Source of the DNA: Eledone cirrhosa
Lineage: Eukaryota
Length of the DNA: 64,000 nucleotides
Direction: 5' to 3'
NCBI GenBank assembly: GCA_964016885.1
Contig: OZ024765.1
Span: 17,236,001-17,300,000, forward strand
Part shown: positions 34,143 to 47,715 of the stretch, piece by piece
How positions within the stretch are numbered: the stretch's first letter is position 1
Layout: each line of letters starts with the position of its first letter
Program-made: the position numbers and the translations under genes
The notes under the pieces: model-generated
The model's input: only the letters and a program-made list of their open reading frames with translations
Databases searched by the model: none
Told to the model about the DNA's origin: nothing

Positions 34143-34332
34143 GGGCGGTGGATATGCAGTATCAGTAGAGGGTCGGACGCCATGCGTTCCAGCATAGTTA
34201 CGTCCCTTTACGATCAGAGTTCAAATCCCGCCGAGGTTGACTTTGCCTTTCATCCTTACGGGGTCGATAAAATAAAGTACCAGTAATGCACTGGGGAATT
34301 GCTGGCCGTGTGCCTAAAGTAGAAACAATTAT
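34143..34332 (+). mobile_element. tRNA-derived SINE family A, full length
   Basis: A-box-like 5' end, B box GAGTTCAAATCCC, central GCCTTTCATCCTTACGGGGTCGATAAA and tail GTGCCTAAAGTAGAAACAATT. Many copies in the window. Confidence 0.88.
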
Positions 34333-34809
34333 TTATTCAAAGTAATCCAATTTATTTTACTAATGGGGTTAAAAATTATAAACCGTACGCAGTCCCGCGC
34401 TCCTTACGTCATGATAGTTTAGATTAGAACGATACTCTCTTACTCCAGCCTATGTAGCATATGTCACATATATGGGTGCGTGTCCGTGAAATATATATAG
34501 TTCTGAACACAAAAGAACCAAACTCCTCCTACCCCTGTCTCTGTCCCTCCCCATCTCTCTCCTGTACACAAGGCCCTGACACAAAAGAACTAAACTCCTA
34601 CTGTCACTGTCTCTCTCTCTCCAGCTCTCCCCATCTCTCACTATTATGAGCAAATATGGAGGGGGGGGGGGCACGCACAGGCCACCCTGCGGCCCCGGCG
34701 GACACAATAGAGATGGCGTTTGCCATGAGGATAGTGAGGGAAACGCGTTGGAAAAGCTATTCCAGCTCCCGAGGCTCACATCTGCGGGTAGCCAACTTTG
34801 TGCCGATGG

Positions 34810-35025
34810 CGGTGAGTAGGGAGGTGGCCCTAGGGCCAAGGACACCAGAGGTCTCCACTGCTACGGGTGGCCAACTCCATGCCGAAGGTCGGTGAGTAGG
34901 GAGATGGCCCTCGGGCCAAGGGCATCAGAAGTCTCCACTGCTATGGGTAGTCAACTCTGTGCCGATGTTGATGAGTAGGGAGCTAGCCCTGGGGCCGAGG
35001 ACACCAGAAGTCTCCACTGCCACGG
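34810..35025. repeat. 80-bp GC-rich tandem repeat, about 2.7 copies
   Basis: TGAGTAGGGAG..GCCCT.GGGCC.AGG.CA.CAGA.GTCTCCACTGC at about 34813, 34893 and 34972. Confidence 0.85.
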
Positions 35026-35709
35026 GCTCGAACGCAAACCTGTCAGAAAGAGACTGTATAAATTAGTTAAAAATGCAGAAAAAAGAAAGCTGTATTGGTA
35101 AGGAATACAAATGCCATAATGTCTAGTAGTTCTTGGTCTTCCTCCTCCTTTTCTTTTTATTTATGGCATTTGTAGTCATTTCCAAGGCTGCTTTCTTGTT
35201 TCTGTGTGTTTAACCAATTTATAATCACGTTAAAATAATATGAATTTGTTGATAGTAAAATAAAATGGAGAAAAAATACAACGAAACGAAATAAATCAAA
35301 ACGAAAAACGAAACAAAAAAAAAAAAAGAATCGTAAAAACAGATTCACTGAGACAGACGATAACGGCTTTAAAAAGGTTTTATTCACATTATTTAGAATT
35401 ATAACAACAATCATCATCATCATCATTATCATTATCATAATTATCATCAACAAAAACAGTACCAGGAACATTATCAGCAAAAAAAAAACGAAAAAAAAAA
35501 AATAACTGTTAAAACATCAAGCATGGTCATTATCGCCATTATCATCATCATCAGCAGCAGTAAGAGCAGGAATAGCAACAACAACAACAGCAACAACTAC
35601 TACTATTATAAAAACAACAACAACAATAACAGCAGCAGCAGCAATCTGTCCATCCATGTATGTTGTATCCTTGATAAGAGACATAGGTGTTTCGTCGTGT
35701 CTCGGGCAG

Positions 35710-36680
<971 letters not shown>

Positions 36681-37085
36681 GTTTGTGTGTGTGTGGTGTA
36701 GAAAGAGAGAGATGAAGATTGAGAGAGATAGATAGATGAGGGGAGAGAAAGAGAGAGAGAGAGAGAGGGAGATAATCGACCCCAGTATTGAACTGGTACT
36801 TTTCTTTCTTTCATTTCGAATGGTTGGGAAATGAAGTTGACCTCAGTGGAATACAAGCGATTTCTTCCACGAAGAGAAAAGGAAGAGAGAGAGAAGGCGA
36901 GAAGGGAAGAGAGAAAGGGGAGACAGAGAGAGGTGAGAAAGAAAGAAAGATGAGAGAGAGAGAGAGAGACAAGGAAAGAAGTGGAGAGATGAAATGAAAA
37001 AGAAGAGAGAGAAAGTAGGGTGAAAGAGAAAGAAAATGGAGAGAAAGAGGAGAGAGAGAAAGAGAGAAAAAAGGGGAGAGAGATA

Positions 37086-37145
<60 letters not shown>

Positions 37146-37369
37146 CGACCTGGAAAGGTTGAAAGGCAAAGTTGACTTCAGTGAGATTCTAACTCAGAGC
37201 GTAGACCGCGAAATACCTCGTAATATCCACCATTTTAACGACTTTGTTAAATTCACTGCTTTTCTCCAGTTAGTGGTTTCTAATTTAGGCAGAAGGTCAG
37301 CAATTTTGGAGGAGATAAAGGAAGTCCCAAAATAGGATTCCCCCGAAGAGTCTTTGGAGCAATGTTAAA

Positions 37370-37540
37370 GAGTGTAGTTCGGAGATCAGAGAGTCACTCC
37401 AGGTAGAGCGGCTACTTCTCATAATTGAGTGATCACAGCTCTGATACGACAGACATGTAGTTAGAATGTCGCAGGAAAGAATCGCTGGACAGATAGTTTA
37501 CGGGCAAAACCAACCGGAAAGAGACCCAGGGGTAGCTAAG
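37370..37540 (+). mobile_element. Single-unit fragment of the same RTE family
   Basis: GGAGATCAGAGAGTCACTCCAGGTAGAG...AGAATGTCGCAGGAAAGAATC matches the unit of the 24.6-26.3 kb array. Confidence 0.8.
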
Positions 37541-38094
37541 ACTAATGTCTGTCTCAACTCAGAAGGTTCGTCAGGCCAGTGTTTCTCCCGTGAAGCGATT
37601 ACGTGTACAAGACTCCGGCCTGGACAGGAGGCCAGTCCATAGCAGGGTTAAAGTCTTTCTCAAGCCTGGAGGCTTCTCATGATAGTGCTTATCCTGGTTT
37701 CGTAGCGTGAACTGACTGAGAATACAACACTTTCCCATGGAGAGGACGCCAGTCTATCGCAGAATTAAACCCCCACCTATTGCTGGTACTCATTTCAGTT
37801 GAACAACATGAAATTAAGTGTGTTGTTCAAGAACACAAGGCAAAACCTAGTTCAAAAATTGAACCCCTAAATTTATTTATGATCATAAGTTCAACACGTT
37901 TACCACTGGAGTGTAGTGGAGCAACGTAAAATGAAGTGTTTTGCTGAAGAACACAACAGACAACCCAGCCTAGGTATTGAACCCATGACATTCTCCTCTT
38001 CTAATATTGTTGGACGGGTGTCTAAATCGGATAAGCAATACTGAGGGAAGGCGCCAAAATTGGCAGAGTCATTAGAAGGTCAGAGAAGAGAGAC

Positions 38095-38365
38095 TGCGCG
38101 GGCTTAGTGGTAAGGGTGTTGGAGTTACGATCATAATGTCATGGGTTTGATTCCTAGGCTGGGTTGCGTATTGTGTTCTTGAGCAAAACACTTTCTTTAA
38201 CGTTGCTCCAGTATACTCAGCTGAAAATGAGTACCAGCAATAGCTGGGGTTTAACCCTGCGATGGACTGGCGCCGGGTCCAGGGGAAGTCTTCTACGCTC
38301 AGTCGCCTCACGCCATGAAACCTCGATAAGCACCGGCCAAATGAGATTTCTGGCTTAAGACATAC
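38095..38365 (+). mobile_element. tRNA-derived SINE family B
   Basis: GGCTTAGTGGTAAG (A box), GGGTTTGATTCC (B box) and TTGAGCAAAACACTT...GTTGCTCCAGT. Related inverted fragments at 37570-37990. Confidence 0.8.
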
Positions 38366-39274
38366 TTTAGACTAGACTTTGACCCTGTGTTTTGTGTTCA
38401 AATCCCGCTGAAGTTGATAAATAAACTCCAGTACAGAGATCAATTAAACTGATCCCAGTACCCTGATTGACTAGTACTTTATTCTATCGAACTCCGCAAG
38501 GATGAAAGGCAAAATAAAAAAAATAAAAAATGACCTTCGTTGGATTTGAACTCAGAATGTTAAGGAATATCACTGAGGTTAAAATTGTCTTTAATACTTC
38601 CGAGGAGGAGGGCTGTTATGAAATACAATATCACCAAGTTTACCCTCCCCCAATAGGCTGGACTTGTCCCTAAATACCATTACAAATGCAATAGCAACAA
38701 CAACAACAACAACAACAGTAAAATGTTAATAATATTTATCGTCATAATAATTACAATAATAATTAGTTTAACATAGGTACAAAATTACAATTTCAACAGG
38801 TGTTCAGTGTTGATTAATTCAATATTTAATTGATTATATATTTTATATACAGCCCCTGTCCCACTGTAATCGATGAAAGACACAATTCGATCTGAGCAAG
38901 GTTTAAGCTCAGATCCCGGAAAAAAAAAAATAATAATAAAAAATATACACACATACACACAACAAAACAAAGCAAAATCTTGAAGCGATGATATAAAGAT
39001 ATGACAAAACCGTCGAATGAATCGGTGGCGCGACGAACTAAGATATTTTCTGCTATTTAACTGAATGGTGGCAAAATCAATGAAAAATGATATAATTTCA
39101 TTTATATAAACTGTCGAATATAAATGACAATAAAGAATCAGCATTATCCGGCAGCCTTACCTGAAATCGATTCAACAATTGATCTCTACGTGGGTCTGTC
39201 GTTCATTGCTGTTGACAAGTCCTGGATTTCAATACCAGAATCCAGGATTTGGCAACGGCAATAAGGATAAGTAA

Positions 39275-40085
39275 CGAAAAAGAAGGGGAGAGAAGAAAAA
39301 TATAGAAAAGGAAAAAGAAGGGGAGAGAAGAAAAATATAGAGAAAAAAATATAGAGAAGGAAAAAGAAGGGGAGAGACGAAACACATAGAGAAGGAAAAA
39401 GAAGGGGAGAGAAGAAAAACAGAGAAAAAAATATAAAGAAGGAAAAAGAAGAGGAGAGAAGAAAAACATAGAGAAAAAATATAGAGAAGGAAAAAGAAGG
39501 GGAGAGAAGAAAAAATAGAGAAGGAAAAAGAAGGGGAGAGAAAAAAAACAGAGATGAAAAAATAGAGAAGGAAAAAGAAGGGGAGAGAAGAAAAACATAG
39601 AGAAAAAAATATAGAGAGAAGAAAAAATAGAGAAGGAAAAAGAAGGGGAGAGAAGAAAAACATAGAGAAAAAATATAGAGAAGGAAAAAGAAGGGGAGAG
39701 AAGAAAAACATAGAGAAAAAATATAGAGAAGGAAAAAGAAGGGGAGAGAAGAAAAACATAGAGAAAAAAATATAGAGAAGGAAAAAGAAGGGGAGAGAAG
39801 AAAAACATAGAGAAAAAAATATAGAGAAGGAAAAAGAAGGGGAGAGAAGAAAAACAGAGAAAAAAAATATAGAGAAGGAAAAAGAAGGGGAGAGAAGAAA
39901 AACAGAGAAAAAAAATATAGAGAAGGAAAAAGAAGGGGAGAGAAGAAAAATATAGAGAAGGAAAAAGAAGGGGGAGAGAAGAAAAACATAGAGAAAAAAA
40001 ATATAGAGAAGGAAAAAGAAGGGGAGAGAAGAAAAATATAGAGAAGAAAAAGAAGGGGAGAGAAGAACATATAGAGAAGAAAATG
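39275..40085. repeat. Polypurine minisatellite (about 33-45 bp unit)
   Basis: ATATAGAGAAGGAAAAAGAAGGGGAGAGAAGAAAAA repeated. Confidence 0.95.
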
Positions 40086-40139
40086 AAAAAGACATTAAGC
40101 AACGAACGAAAAGGGAAAGAGGTAGGAAGCTACAGACTG

Positions 40140-40350
40140 TAAGCCCCAGTCGGAGCGGTATGGTCCAGCTGCGTCCTGCGGAAAAAAGGGTAAAGGAATT
40201 GCCGCGGAGATTGGCCAGTGACACTCACTGCGACAGCCGCTCTACTTCACGGGCTCCTTTCTTAGGGCCGGCTGTAAGTCGAAAAAAATCTCCTGCAATT
40301 CGGGCCAGTCTTACTGTTAAGGCCAACGCGGCTGATATCTAGAGCGCAGG
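40140..40350 (-). mobile_element. 3' fragment of a CRE-like RLE non-LTR element
   Basis: Minus translation GAREVERLSQ*VSLANLRGNSFTLFSA matches the QRxSxAxxRGN terminal motif. GC-rich island. Confidence 0.6.
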
Positions 40351-40481
40351 TCCCTTAAAAAGGGCCCAGTGCATTACTGAACCTGTTTATAAATGTTTGT
40401 ATAATTGAATTAAATCTATAATACAGTTGAAAGTAGGAGCGTCCCAAACGCATAAAATAACTGAAATAGTTATCTCTATAG

Positions 40482-40671
40482 ATAATTGTTTCTACTTTAG
40501 GCACAAGGCCAGCAATTACCCAGTGCATTACTGGTACTTTATTTTATCGACCCCGTAAGGATGAAAGGCAAAGTCAATCTCGGCGGGATTTGAACTCAGA
40601 TCGTAAAGGGACGTAACTATGCTGGAAAGCATGGCGTCCGACCCTCTACCGATACTGCCAATCCACCGCCC
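40482..40671 (-). mobile_element. SINE family A, full length
   Basis: Reverse complement of 34143-34332. Confidence 0.88.
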
Positions 40672-41009
40672 ATAGATAATAGTTGAGAAAACTGAGTAAA
40701 TTTCTCTGTAAGGAGCGAAACACGTGGGTACATACTCCTACAAACAATAGATGTATTCATTCAACAGCATAGTGGGAATATCTAAAGCTGTGAAGGGAGC
40801 CGTGCCGTGTTATGAACAGTCTCAAGATTTGAAGAAGAAGAAGAAGGAAAAGGAAAAGGTACAGCTAGGAGCTATTTAAAGGGATCCCAAATTAATTTTG
40901 AGTGGCTAGCATCAATAATATACAAAGCCCTTCTTTCTTTAAACATTCTAACTACATGTACATCTCTATAGTAAATTACTGCTTTTCCCTACCCTGAATG
41001 GATGGAAGG

Positions 41010-41442
41010 GCAAAGGTTAGGGCTAAAGAGTTAGAGTAAGGATGGAAAGGTAAGGTTAGGGTGGAAGGGTTAGAGTTAAGATGGATGGGTGAGGGTGGAA
41101 CGGGTAGTGTTAGGACGTGTTAGGTAAGGTTTAGTGTTAGGATAGAAATGATAGTGTCATGAAGGGTCAGAGTTAGGGTGGAAGGGTTGTAGTTAGGAAG
41201 GGTCAGGGTTAGGAAGGGTCAGGGTTAGGAAGAGTCAGAATTAGGAAGGGTCAAGGTTAGGAAGGGTCAGAGTTAGGAAGGGTCAAGGTTAGGAAGGGTC
41301 AGGGTTAGGAAGGGTCAGAGTTAGGAAGGGTCAGAGTTAGGAAGGGTCAGGGTTAAGAATGGTCAGGGTTAGAAAGGGTCAGAGTTAGGCAGGGTCAGAG
41401 TTATGAAGGGTCAGAGTTAGGAAGGGTCAGAGTTAGGAAGGA
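41010..41442. repeat. 16-bp G-rich minisatellite (TTAGGAAGGGTCAGAG)n
   Basis: Direct repeats, regular from about 41190. Confidence 0.92.
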
Positions 41443-41711
41443 AAATTTAACTTTTGTGGGATTTGATCCTAGTCCACCAAGACCAAGTATTTAGTCCGTC
41501 GCTCTGACGATTTCTGACACCATCCTCAACAACAATAACAACAGCAATATTAACGAAACCAGTAACAAAAGCCATATTAATCAAAACAACAACAACAACA
41601 ACAACAGCAGCAACAAGAATAAGAGCAGCAATAACAACAACAACAATAATATCAAGCGCAATAACACCACCGCGACCAATTAAAACAACAACAATAACAA
41701 AAACGGCAAAA

Positions 41712-41743
<32 letters not shown>

Positions 41744-41953
41744 TACAAGAAAAACAAACGAAAACAGCAATAAGAGTAAAACGTCAATAATAAGAAAATA
41801 ACAACAACAACAACAACAACAAATGCTACAACAGGAACAGTAGCAACAATAACAACAACAGCAACATTAGTAGCAACAACAACAGCAACAACAGCAACAA
41901 CAACAACAACAGCAACAACAATAACAACAACAGCAACAACACACCTTAAAAGT

Positions 41954-42441
41954 TTATGATGTTGTGTACTGTTTCAGAACAATGAAAGGTTTTAAAACAT
42001 AGCGAGTATTGAGGGATCGAACCTGCTTCCTTTTCCTCGAACGACTGGCCAAAAATGGCTTCACACTTTTCCCACATTTTGAGCAGGACACCTTTAGCTG
42101 AAGTACATTGCTCGGTGATCCAGAGATAGTATTTGATTGGTCCATATCAACATAGCGTTGTAAGAGCTCCGTCGGAAGTTTAAAGTTTTGCATGTAACTC
42201 CTCTTAACGCGCGTTTTAAGCTTTTGTAAAAGGGTCTCCTCCCCCGAAGTGGCATTCACCTCATGAATTTTAATGGTGACACGTTTGTTCCTCCTTTTCC
42301 TCTGTTTCTGGTGGTTATCCGGCTGTTTAGATTTTTTATTCGGCCTTCTCTTAATCACCACCAGCAAATATGCGCTGATTACCTTTGTGTGGCCTTCACC
42401 TGGACGCACGTTGAATTTCAGTATATTTTTCTTTTTCGTAC
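41954..42441 (-). CDS. Exon 2 of the same gene: prodomain arm region ending in TAA with no mature ligand
   Basis: Acceptor TTTTTTTTTAAAG|GT, phase 1, joins exon 1 in frame (355+488=843 nt, 280 aa). ILKFNV...VISAYLLV, FKLPTELLQRYV, LQLKVSCSKC and KPFIVL parallel the inhibin-beta prodomain motifs LHFEI...VERAEVWL, FPVSSSIQRLL, LDVRIACEQC and RPFLML, recalled from memory and compared by eye. Confidence 0.8.
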
Positions 42442-42679
42442 CTTTAAAAAAAAAACGCATAAAACGATTTAGAAAATATAAACGCAGATTTATTTCTGTC
42501 TGTTTGGACAAATTGCAATTGGATTATAATACAACGTTTGCAAGTGAGATGGATTGGCAGTGTATACAAACAGTTTTTTTTTTAACGATCGACTTTCGCC
42601 AAATCGGACCGAGGAAACAATGTTTCCATTGGTCTTTCCAATTGCCAGTACTATCTATCGGTCGCAACTCCAGGTAGAA

Positions 42680-42800
42680 GGAGCAACGTGAAATAAAGTG
42701 TCTTGCTCAAGGACATAACGCATCGCCTGGTCCAGGAATCGAACTCACAACCTCACGATTGCGAATCCAATTCTCTAACCACTCAGCCACACGCCTTCAC
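42680..42800 (-). mobile_element. SINE family B head, inside the intron of the TGF-beta-like gene
   Basis: Minus strand reads GGCGTGTGGCTGAGTGGTTAGAG...GAGTTCGATTCCTGG...TTGAGCAAGACACTTTATTTCACGTTGCTCC. Confidence 0.8.
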
Positions 42801-42824
42801 TAATACATACAAATTGGTGGACAT

Positions 42825-43200
42825 TTCCAGTAAAAAAAGCCAATAAAATGCAGGCATACATATCAGATATTATGACATGGGACAGGGAAGAGAAAGCATA
42901 CACAGTAGTGGAAGTTAGCTGCCCAGCAGATGCCAATATAATGTCAAAGATTAGTGAAAAGGAGAATATTTATGCAGAACTAATGAGAAATCTACAGATA
43001 CTCCACCCTGATTACACCTCCAGATTTACACCTGTGATTATTGGGGCACTGGTATATGTTAGTAACTGCCTCAATACAAATCTAGAGAAGCTAGGCTTCA
43101 CAGGAACAGAAAGAACACAACTAGTTAGGAAATTACAAGTACAATCCTTTAATGGAACAGTAAAAATATGTAAAACATTCCAAACATTTTGCATCTAATA
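42825..43200 (+). mobile_element. 3' fragment of an RLE-type non-LTR retrotransposon (R4/Dong-like)
   Basis: DIMTWD...VEVSCPAD.N...EKENIY..L...PVIIGAL fits the PD-(D/E)xK restriction-like endonuclease C-terminus. Confidence 0.8.
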
Positions 43201-43212
43201 ACTGTATATACA

Positions 43213-43677
43213 GTGGTGGTGGTGGTAGTGGTGGAAGTGTGTGTGTGTGTGGGGGGTAGTGGTGGTGGTAGTGGTGGAAGTGGTGGTGGTGACAACGTGG
43301 TGGTGGTAGTGGTGGTGGAAGTGGTGGTGGTGGTGGTAGTCGCGGTGGTAGTAACTGCAGGAGTAATGATGGTAGTTCAGGTGACAGTAGCTGTAGTGGT
43401 GGTGGTGGTGGTGGTAGTAGTGCCGGTGACAGTAGCACCGGTGATAGCAGTGGTAGCGGAAGTGGTATTAATAGTGGGTGGGTGGATGGTGGATGTGGTG
43501 ATGGCAGTGCCAGCTATAGTAGTTGTAGTGGTGGTAGTAGTGGTGGTAGTAGTAGTGGTGGTGGTCGTGGTATTAATGATGGGTGTTGGTAGTGTCGGAG
43601 ATAGTAGCTGTAGTGGTATTAGTAGGTGGTGGTAGTAGTAGTAGGTGTAGCGACATTAGTAGGTAGTGGTAGAAGTC

Positions 43678-43737
<60 letters not shown>

Positions 43738-43849
43738 ACAGTAGTAGTAGTAATAGTAGTAATAGTAGCAGTAGTAGTAACATTAGTAGTAGTAGTGGTA
43801 GTAATAGTAGTAGTAATAATAATAATAGTAGTAGCAGTAGTAGTAAAAT

Positions 43850-43892
<43 letters not shown>

Positions 43893-44080
43893 GGTAGTAA
43901 CAGTAGTGGTAGTAATAGTAGTAATAGTAGCAGTAGTAGTAGTAGTAACATTAGTAGCAGTAGTGGTAGTAATAGTAGTAGTAATAATAATAATAGTAGT
44001 AGCAGTAGTAGTAAAATTAGTAGTAGTAGTAGTAGTAGTAGTAGCAGTAGTAGTAGTGGCGGTAGTGGTAGTAGTAAATT
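43213..44080. repeat. (GTG)n/(GTA)n trinucleotide tract with an internal duplication
   Basis: Direct observation. Other trinucleotide tracts at 26921-27085 (GAA), 41525-41940 (CAA) and 62940-63600 (TTG). Confidence 0.95.
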
Positions 44081-44418
44081 TCAACGAAGATATAGAATTA
44101 CTTTGAATTACAGGAATTAATACAAATTTAATATAAACTTTGACATGGGAGCATTATATATACAGTAGGGGGTGTATATATATATATGTATATATGTATG
44201 TATATATATGTATATATGTGTGTGTTTGTGCATATGTATATATGTATGTATATGTATTTGTTTACACACGCCCACACACAAAACATATATATATATATAT
44301 GTATATGTATATACATACATATATAGACATATATATACACACACACACACACACATATATACACACACACACACACATATATACACACACACATATATAC
44401 ACACACACACACATATAT

Positions 44419-44477
<59 letters not shown>

Positions 44478-44573
44478 CATACCATTGCGTATCTATACAC
44501 GTCTAAAACCACAAACATTTTATATATCTATCCAAACCGCAAATATTATATACATATATATATATACACACAT

Positions 44574-44641
<68 letters not shown>

Positions 44642-44815
44642 TGTGTGTGAGCGTGTGTGTGTGTGTGCGCGTGTGCGTGTGAGTTTACTTGATATATCCG
44701 GGAGCAATATAACACGAAAAAAATGGCCCCTGATCGTTTCTGCAGTTTGATACAATAGACATTTTACGGTAAAATTTATGTTCCATTGAAACTCGAGCTC
44801 AAACATTGTGTGTGT

Positions 44816-44862
<47 letters not shown>

Positions 44863-44889
44863 CATACATATATATATATAGCATCCATT

Positions 44890-44949
<60 letters not shown>

Positions 44950-45040
44950 TGGACACACACAAATATATTACATATACATTCATACACAAAACACGCTTAC
45001 AATATACATATATAGACACACACGCGCATACAATATATAT

Positions 45041-45083
<43 letters not shown>

Positions 45084-45218
45084 TTTATAATTTACAGTTA
45101 TTACTCAGTTGTCTCATCTCATGTTGAGGCATTGCATTCCTTAAGCAATGATACACACACACATAAATATATATGTGCATACATGTATAAATATATAAAT
45201 ATATAAATACATGCATAC

Positions 45219-45249
<31 letters not shown>

Positions 45250-45262
45250 CATGCATACATAT

Positions 45263-45295
<33 letters not shown>

Positions 45296-45668
45296 AATAT
45301 ATATACATACATATATATAAATATATATATAAATATATATACATACATATATATATAAATATATATACATACATATATAAATATAGATACATACAGATAT
45401 AAATATAGATACATACATACATATATAAATATATATACATACATGCATATATATATAAATATGTAGACATACATACATATATAAATATATGTACATACAT
45501 ATATATATAAATATATACATATATATATATACATACATATATATATATATATACATATATATATAAATATATACATATATATATATACATACATATATAT
45601 ATATACATACATATATATATATACATACATATATATATATACATACACATATATACATACATATATAT

Positions 45669-45779
<111 letters not shown>

Positions 45780-45990
45780 CATATAAAATGACATGTTTAT
45801 CATACTTGAGAAAATCGGCTGACGATGACCATTTAGATTTAAGTACGAATTAACTGGCTATGATACACTCTCTGTAGCTTTGCCATTCTCATTGGCTACT
45901 GAGAAGATCCCGGTTCAAAAGATACGTCATCAGGCTCCTTTGTATATTCCTTAACAAACAGCTCTTATGAATCATGATCTGTTATATTAA

Positions 45991-46080
45991 TTGTTTCTAC
46001 TATTGGCACAAGGCCAGAAAATTACCCAGTACATTACTGGTACTTTATTTTATCGACCCCGTAAGGATGAAAGGCAAAGT
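45991..46080 (-). mobile_element. SINE family A 3' half, cut off at the adjacent fold-back element
   Basis: Matches the 3' part of family A and stops at GGCAAAGT. Confidence 0.8.
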
Positions 46081-46349
46081 TAATAAAAGGAATTCCAACT
46101 TTGTCTGTTTTACTCGTTTTATTTTCGTGTGGTGACAGTGAAGTTTGAAATTTTCGACAGTTGAAAATTGCAAACTTCACTGTCACCACACAATATGAAC
46201 CTGAAGATTGCGAGAGCATGAAAGTACTTGTTCAATTAACACTTAACATTTAATATTCTACCATACTATTTCATTCTAATACCATTATACATTTTAAAGG
46301 ATTGTAAATAAAACGAGTAAAACAGACAAAGTTGGAATTCCTTTTATTA
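46081..46349 (+). mobile_element. Fold-back element with 44-bp perfect terminal inverted repeats; probable Penelope pLTR remnant
   Basis: TAATAAAAGGAATTCCAACTTTGTCTGTTTTACTCGTTTTATTT and its reverse complement at the two ends. Internal hairpin at about 46128-46191. Hammerhead motif inside. Confidence 0.8.
46192..46237 (+). ncRNA. Minimal type I hammerhead ribozyme
   Basis: TGAAC-CTGAAGA-T-TGC(GAGA)GCA-T-GAAA-G(TA)C-TT-GTTCA. Stem II has a GNRA loop and stem III is the self-complementary AAGTACTT. Confidence 0.78.
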
Positions 46350-46381
46350 ATATAATCTTCTATACACAATCATACACACCC

Positions 46382-46418
<37 letters not shown>

Positions 46419-46465
46419 AAAAACCTACGTCTATATAAAAATGTAAAATAAATTTGTCATCTCAC

Positions 46466-46820
46466 CTGACGATTGTAAGAGAACTAAAGAGGAATTTGAT
46501 GGCTTCTTGTCATTCTGTGGCGTTATACTTGCCGGCGTTTCTGCGACACTTTGGTACATGCTAGAAGATGGTGTAAGTTTACTTTTGTTCAAGGCATTAC
46601 TGATGTCCCTTTGAATGGTCAACAAACGATGGTATTGTTTCATTTCCTTTTTTTCCTTCAAGCATTTTGTCGAGTTACAAGGGGCCATCGTCTGCTTTGT
46701 GTTTGTTGTAAACGATCGTCTGAAAATTGGACGGCTATCGTGCTCAGCAATGAAACACAATAATATAAACAACCAGACGATACACATTCCACTATTTTTC
46801 ATTCTAAGGGAGAGCGCCAT
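46466..46820 (-). CDS. Exon 1 of a secreted TGF-beta-family (activin/inhibin-beta/myostatin-like) prodomain protein
   Basis: ATG at 46820 in an AAACATGG context. Hydrophobic signal-like stretch MCIVWLFILLCFIA. CNSTKC followed by RLLTIQRDISNAL resembles the Cys pair plus latency helix of activin/myostatin prodomains. Ends LVLLQSSG at a CAG|GTGAGA donor, phase 1. Confidence 0.8.
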
Positions 46821-46959
46821 GTTTTTTTTCAGTTTGAGTGATGTTGTTGGCAACTGAGGTGGGAGTATTGTGATGGCGGTGGAATTTCTGTGATGGTGGT
46901 GGTAGTACTATAATAGTGGTGGTAGTACGTTAATGGTGGTGGTCTTACTGTAATGGTGA

Positions 46960-47715
46960 TGTTGGTATTATTGCAATGATGTTGGTATGGCTGTGATCGT
47001 AGTGGTATGGCTGTGATGGTCTTGGTATGGCTGTGATGATAGTGGTATGCCTGTGATGGTAATGGTATGGCTGAGATGGTAGTGGTATGGCTGTGATGGT
47101 GTTGGTATGGCTGTGATGGTAATGGTATGGCTGTTTTGGTAATGGTATGGCTGTTTTGGTAATGGTATGGATGTGATGGTAGTGGTATGGCTGTGATGGT
47201 CTTGGTATGGCTGTGATGATAGTGGTATGGCTGTGATGGTAATGGTATGGCTGAGATGGTAGTGGTATGGCTGTGATGGTGTTGGTATGGATGTGATGGT
47301 AATGGTATGGCTGTGATGGTAATGGTATGGATGTGATGATAGTGGTATGGCTGTGATGGTAATGGTATGGATGTGATGATAGTGGTATGGCTGTGATGGT
47401 GTTGGTATGGCTGTGATGGTAATGGTATGGTGTGATGGTAATGGTATGGATGTGATGATAGTGGTATGGCTGTGATGGTAATGGTATGGATGTGATGGTA
47501 GTGGTATGGCTGTGATGGTGTTGGTATGGCTGTGATGGTAATGGTATGGATGTGATGATAGTGGTATGGCTGTGATGGTAGTGGTATGCCTGTGATGGTA
47601 GTGGTATGGCTGTGATGGTAATGGTATGGATGTGATGGTAGTGGTATGGCTGTGTTGGTAGTGGTATTATCGTGACAGTGGGGGTATTACTGCAACTGTA
47701 ATGGTGATGGTAATA
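46960..47715. repeat. 20-bp minisatellite (GTGATGGTAATGGTATGGCT)n just upstream of exon 1
   Basis: Direct repeats. Confidence 0.95.

Noticed and set aside
34143-34235. tRNA gene
   Set aside because: A and B boxes are present but there is no cloverleaf, and the sequence continues into a multi-copy SINE body.
39161-39222. Candidate third exon of the TGF-beta-like gene (CAG|GTAAGG donor after a long pyrimidine tract)
   Set aside because: All three frames contain stops and there is no cysteine pattern of a mature ligand. At most it is non-coding.
39186-40224. F/S/L-rich membrane-like ORFs
   Set aside because: Translation of a polypyrimidine minisatellite.
43189-44120. Poly-V/S/T/L ORFs; also poly-N/H at 62829-63656 and H/T/I-rich 46945-47736
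   Set aside because: Trinucleotide or 20-bp repeat translations without splice or domain support.
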